Assembly: GCA_965222155.1 (NCBI GenBank)
Contig: CBDCTH010000012.1
Span: 384,001 to 448,000, forward strand
Direction: 5' to 3'
Length of the DNA stretch: 64,000 nt
Source: Gammaproteobacteria bacterium
GTDB taxonomy: Bacteria; Pseudomonadota; Gammaproteobacteria; Eutrophobiales; Eutrophobiaceae
The notes under the pieces are model-generated. The model saw nothing but the letters and a program-made list of their open reading frames with translations. It made no database searches and was not told the DNA's origin. The translations under genes were made by a program, and so were the position numbers. Within the stretch, counting starts at the first letter, position 1. Each line of letters starts with the position of its first letter. Positions 60,378 through 64,000 of this stretch are shown here, piece after piece.

Positions 60378-60789
60378 GTAGCAATTATAGCACAGCCTGA
60401 GTCGCTCCCGATGTCTATTCCCGAGTATGGAACGCGAAAACCAGCACTATAGCACTATAGGGTCGGACTGGTCTAACTACTTGTTTCAAATTAGTTTATA
60501 TGCCAACTATGCCTGTTATTTCCTCTTAGATCCCCCTTTTTGCCATCAAAATCGAGGTTGTAAAAACTCCATGTCTGTTTGACGGCATTACTCTCCTGAT
60601 TCGAAGTGGTCTGCCTGTGCTGCATCTGATACTTCCTCCTTAAAGTCCTGTATTGACATATGAAAAACACAGTCTAAGCGTAGAACAGCACGTTTTTTAG
60701 ACATGGTTTTTCTTTATTTTCAGTAGCTTCTGCCAGGCTGGCCTGGTCTGATTCTGTACTGTAGTTCGCGGCAAATCTGTTCAGGGGCA

Positions 60790-60911
60790 CGTCAGAAATC
60801 ATGCCGGATAAATTGTTGGGACAGATGTTGGGATAAAAAAATTAGTAAGTAAATAATTAATACTAATCAACAGGTTATAAATATAATACTATTACGTCCC
60901 TGGCCATACTT
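60790..60911 (+). other. attR-like site 4
   Basis: TGTTGG repeats at 60814 and 60826, IHF match AATCAACAGGTTA 60865-60877, core 60896-60911. Confidence 0.8.
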
Positions 60912-61055
60912 ATCTACAAATACTGACGCTGATCTATCCTCAATAATCCGAGCCAAATCAGTTTAAAGGGAGAAGACCATTTAAGTTATTTTCTAACGTA
61001 ATCACTGGTATCGCTTTAAGGGTGCAGGTCACTCATCAGGAGCGATTCAATAGTT

Positions 61056-61499
61056 TCATTCGGCAACTTTGACCTCGGTCTCCATGAGAGGCGCAAAAGG
61101 ATTAATCACACGCAAGCCATCGTAATCCTGCTCGCTGCTCATGTCTTCGGAGTACACGGCATCGCAGCCGCAGGCGCGCGCTGCCGCCAAAATGGCGCTG
61201 TCCCAATAAGACAACCCGAAGCGCTCACGGATTGCGAACGCAGCGCGCATCACATCACTCGTTACAGATTGCACACGAAAGCGGTGTAGGGACTCTACAA
61301 AATTCACGGCTTCGCGGTGTGTGAGCGCGCCCAATCGCGAAGCACGGGTTGCCTGTACGTAGAATTCCTGCAGGACCTGTACGGATAGGGCAAGATCGCG
61401 CGCCGTAAGCAAGCTGATAGCGCGTCGCTGTTTGTCCGCGTCCGCGCCGCTGACGGCATAAATCAGAACATTGGTGTCAAGGAAGCGCAGCGCGCTCAT
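61056..61499 (-). CDS. vapC: VapC PIN-domain toxin
   Basis: FLDTNVLIYA, SVQVLQEFY, LSYWDSAI, YSEDM; start placed at MSALRF. Confidence 0.9.
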   Translation of the reverse strand: MSALRFLDTNVLIYAVSGADADKQRRAISLLTARDLALSVQVLQEFYVQATRASRLGALTHREAVNFVESLHRFRVQSVTSDVMRAAFAIRERFGLSYWDSAILAAARACGCDAVYSEDMSSEQDYDGLRVINPFAPLMETEVKVAE

Positions 61500-61740
61500 G
61501 CAACGCGCTACGAGGAAGATTGTCGGTTGCTCGTAACCCCGCACCGCGGGCGCGGATATCTTCCAGAGTCCTGTCCTGGAGTTGACTGAGCCGATCGAAC
61601 TCGGTCCCGATAACTCGTCCCTGGACCAATGCCAGGAGATATTCGCGCACAAGAGCTGATACCGATGTCCCCGTTTCAGCCGCTTTGACGCGGGAGAGCC
61701 GGTATGTTTCGTCGTCTACGGATACAGTGATATTTTTCAT
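61477..61740 (-). CDS. vapB: RHH/CopG-like antitoxin
   Basis: MKNITVSVDDETYR..RVKAAE.GTSVSALVREYL; overlaps vapC. Confidence 0.85.
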   Translation of the reverse strand: MKNITVSVDDETYRLSRVKAAETGTSVSALVREYLLALVQGRVIGTEFDRLSQLQDRTLEDIRARGAGLRATDNLPRSALHERAALP

Positions 61741-61899
61741 CGACACAGTTTCACATTTATTGTGCTACACAGGTTAGACCAGGTACTGACCAACGTCAAG
61801 CAAGTCTTCAACTAAATTTCTGACCCTGGACAAACACATGTCGCAGGGGGCTGGTCAGTGGGCGGTTAACCAGCCAATATAGGCCGGAACGGTTAAAAA

Positions 61900-62002
61900 T
61901 TCATGTTGGTGCAAATGTTGGTTAAATTAAATTATAAGAATTATTATTTTAATAAAAACAATAAGATAAAATAATAATTATATTGCGTCCCTGGCCATAC
62001 TT
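61900..62002 (+). other. attR-like site 5
   Basis: TGTTGGT repeats at 61904 and 61916, AT-rich arm, core 61987-62002. Confidence 0.78.
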
Positions 62003-62039
62003 ATCTATAAATATTGACGCTGATGAGCGTCATTCTGCA

Positions 62040-62240
62040 CTATGTGGTTTCAAATTCCAGAGAGGACCATTTGATGCTGGAGGAACGCTTGGAAAGATTC
62101 AACATCTCTACGCCTACGAGTTCGTTGGCTTCATTGTAGTCGAGAACAACTCCTGGCGAGACCTCTTCTGATTCGACAATTTTTGAATCATCCAGACGCA
62201 GGTAGAGTGCGTCAGCTTCTTTATCAACGTGCAGTTTCAT
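62040..62240 (-). CDS. DUF2283-family putative antitoxin (duplicate)
   Basis: Protein identical to 51748..51948. Confidence 0.85.
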   Translation of the reverse strand: MKLHVDKEADALYLRLDDSKIVESEEVSPGVVLDYNEANELVGVEMLNLSKRSSSIKWSSLEFETT

Positions 62241-62392
62241 AATTTTTCTCGCTTGCTTCGGTCAAAGAATACACTTACCACCCGCCAGGGTGCAACTCGG
62301 GTGTTTACTGCTACCCGTAAGGTGCGATCACCATTTTCGGGGATGCGACGGAAAAATCGCTCTACAAACGGATCGTTCGGGTCCGGTGAAAG
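62237..62392 (-). pseudogene. DUF4258-family putative toxin, 5'-truncated
   Basis: PDPNDPFVERFFRRIPENGDRTLRVAVNTRVAPWRVVSVFFDRS; N-terminus replaced by an IS-end-like sequence. Confidence 0.7.
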
Positions 62393-62508
62393 GGGGTTTA
62401 AGGAGAAATAACAGGCATAAATGGCACATAAACTGAACTGGAACAAATAGTCAGGCAGGTCCGACCCTATCCTGCAAAATATCCTTATATGCCAGGTGTA
62501 GCCTCCTG

Positions 62509-62802
62509 TCAGGCTACTTCAAGTTTTTCGAAATCGTCGAGGTTGATCTTCTGCCGCGCTTCCCATAAATCATAGTTATCCTGCATTGACAACCAGCTTT
62601 CCGGGGACCTGCCGATGACTTTGGACAGCTTGAGCGCCATAGTCGGCGTGATGCTGCTCTTGGCGTTGAGAATCCGGCTGATCACGGATTCACTGACTCG
62701 TAACCTCTCAGCCAGTTCTTTCGCGCCGATGTTAAAGGGTTCCAGGTAGACCCGTTTGATAAACACTCCCGGATGCATGGGATTATGTTGCTCGATACTC
62801 AT
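62509..62802 (-). CDS. higA: HigA/VapI antitoxin (duplicate)
   Basis: Protein identical to 52217..52510. Confidence 0.92.
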   Translation of the reverse strand: MSIEQHNPMHPGVFIKRVYLEPFNIGAKELAERLRVSESVISRILNAKSSITPTMALKLSKVIGRSPESWLSMQDNYDLWEARQKINLDDFEKLEVA

Positions 62803-63080
62803 TAGTGATAATCCTCATAATCTACGGCATAGGCGTCGCTGTCCATGAACTCGAATATGATCCGCCAGTTGCCGCTTACGTTAATTGCCCACTGCCCTCT
62901 CTTATCACCCTTGAGTGGGTGCATGCGCCAACCGGGTATATTCATATCCTCGATTGTGAACGCAGTATGCAAGGCCTGTAACCGTTCCTCAATTCGCGCT
63001 TTATGGGTTGACTGAATACCGGCCGTGCTACCCGTGGTGAAGAATTTCTCTAATCCCTTATGCTTAAAGCTCCTGATCAT
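62802..63080 (-). CDS. higB: HigB toxin (duplicate)
   Basis: Protein identical to 52510..52788. Confidence 0.92.
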   Translation of the reverse strand: MIRSFKHKGLEKFFTTGSTAGIQSTHKARIEERLQALHTAFTIEDMNIPGWRMHPLKGDKRGQWAINVSGNWRIIFEFMDSDAYAVDYEDYH

Positions 63081-63134
63081 GACGGCTTGTACTTTACACT
63101 TGCGCAAGTTGGAATTCAAGGATGAATTCGCAGT

Positions 63135-63540
63135 TAATTCGGGACACCCATAAAAAAGTTAATTCAGGACACCCATAAAATGGGGACAGGCACAAGCCTG
63201 TCTGCAGTACAGGCTCAGACCAGTCCAGCCTGACAGGAACCTACTGATAATAAAGGGAAACTGTCACAAACGACGTGCTGTCCCAGGCTTGAACTGCGAT
63301 TTTCATACGCCGAAACAGGACTTTAACCCGGATTTCTCACCAGATGATGCGATGATCGCGTAGGATCTTTGATGTGCACCTTCCATCTCTCCGGGGACGG
63401 ATTTCAAATCCGTCCCCTTATGCAGTACGGGCGCCCGGCGAAGGATATTTGGGGTCAGAGGATATTTAGGGTCAGAGTAAAAATACAGTCAGTTTGGCAA
63501 GTGGTAGTGGCTTGTTGTTGAGTATTTTTACTCTGACCCC
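63135..63540. repeat. cluster of REP-like elements
   Basis: ggacacccataaaa twice (about 63141-63180, compare 38442); palindrome 63393-63417 with flanks shared with 9155-9236; GGGTCAGAGTAAAAATA...TATTTTTACTCTGACCCC at 63469-63540. Confidence 0.85.
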
Positions 63541-63589
63541 AAACTCTCATGATCAGGGCTTTGCACACCCCGACTGCATGTAACTGAGA

Positions 63590-63845
63590 AACTCCAAGGA
63601 TGCGGGAGACCCGCATCCCCGGAGTTGGCTAACGCCCCGTTCTGGTGCACTATACGACTGCGGCAGCGGGACCGAGGACGCTTTTATTTCGGTGCCTTTT
63701 GAGCCCGACCCCAAACTGTTCCCGGTCAACGGCTTCGAACCCCGCCCTGTACCCGGCGCCGCCGAGGACGCACAGCAAAATGAACCCCTCCCGCACGGGA
63801 TGCGAGTCAGCTATCCGTTGCCCCCCGCGGCCGCATGTTGTTACA
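63590..63845 (+). ncRNA. candidate IS110 bridge RNA
   Basis: Non-coding IS110 left end with a strong 5' hairpin (63590-63626) and GACCCCAAACT (63707-63717) matching the flank at 63535-63545; boundaries are inferred. Confidence 0.5.
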
Positions 63846-63873
63846 CCATCACCACTACTACGGAGGAAGCGTT

Positions 63874-64000
63874 ATGTCACACAGTGTACACACTGATACC
63901 CTGCACGTCATCCATGCCCGCGCCGCGGGCCTTGACGTGCATAAAATGCAGATCACCGCGACCGTGCGTCTGGCGCGGCCCGGCAGCGAGGCCGAGACCC
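63874..64000 (+). CDS. IS110-family recombinase/transposase (5' part, runs off the window)
   Basis: RBS ggagg; MSHSVHTDTLHVIHARAAGLDVHKMQITATVR contains the GxDxxK first DEDD motif. Confidence 0.8.
   Translation, partial: MSHSVHTDTLHVIHARAAGLDVHKMQITATVRLARPGSEAET

Noticed and set aside
51695-62002. Classical integron or CRISPR interpretation of the repeated 16-mer
   Set aside because: There is no intI and no convincing attC (RYYYAAC...GTTRRRY) structure; spacing is kilobases; the repeat is the tRNA 3' end.
63645-63896. 83-aa ORF upstream of the IS110 recombinase
   Set aside because: It has no recognisable features, and the region is better explained as the structured non-coding left end.

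Overview
This 64-kb window looks like a gammaproteobacterial chromosome segment, judging by the core block argH-asmA-mutY-yggX-tRNA-Phe, surrounded by accessory DNA. (1) 1-20 kb: a catabolic/uptake region with three Rieske oxygenases, an adenosine/adenine deaminase, three MFS transporters, two TonB-dependent receptors (one pseudogenised), an intradiol dioxygenase, an amidase, a hydrolase and two TA pairs. (2) 20.8-36.2 kb: an IS21 inserted in a macrodomain gene, then a defence island. The island holds an SspABCD-like DNA phosphorothioation module followed by SF2 helicase, MORC/GHKL ATPase, PLD nuclease and a membrane protein instead of sspE/sspFGH. (3) 38.3-42.8 kb: three orphan conjugation genes (TrbM-like, coupling protein, VirB11-like) separated by REP-like palindromes. 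(4) 51.6-63.1 kb: tRNA-Phe followed by four more copies of its 3' end. Each copy sits behind a conserved arm that resembles an integrase att site, and together they delimit a tandem array of small, integrase-free cassettes filled with toxin-antitoxin genes. (5) The window ends in the start of an IS110 element whose upstream non-coding region has an 11-nt match to the adjacent REP flank, a candidate bridge RNA. All calls come from reading motifs by eye; no database search was run.
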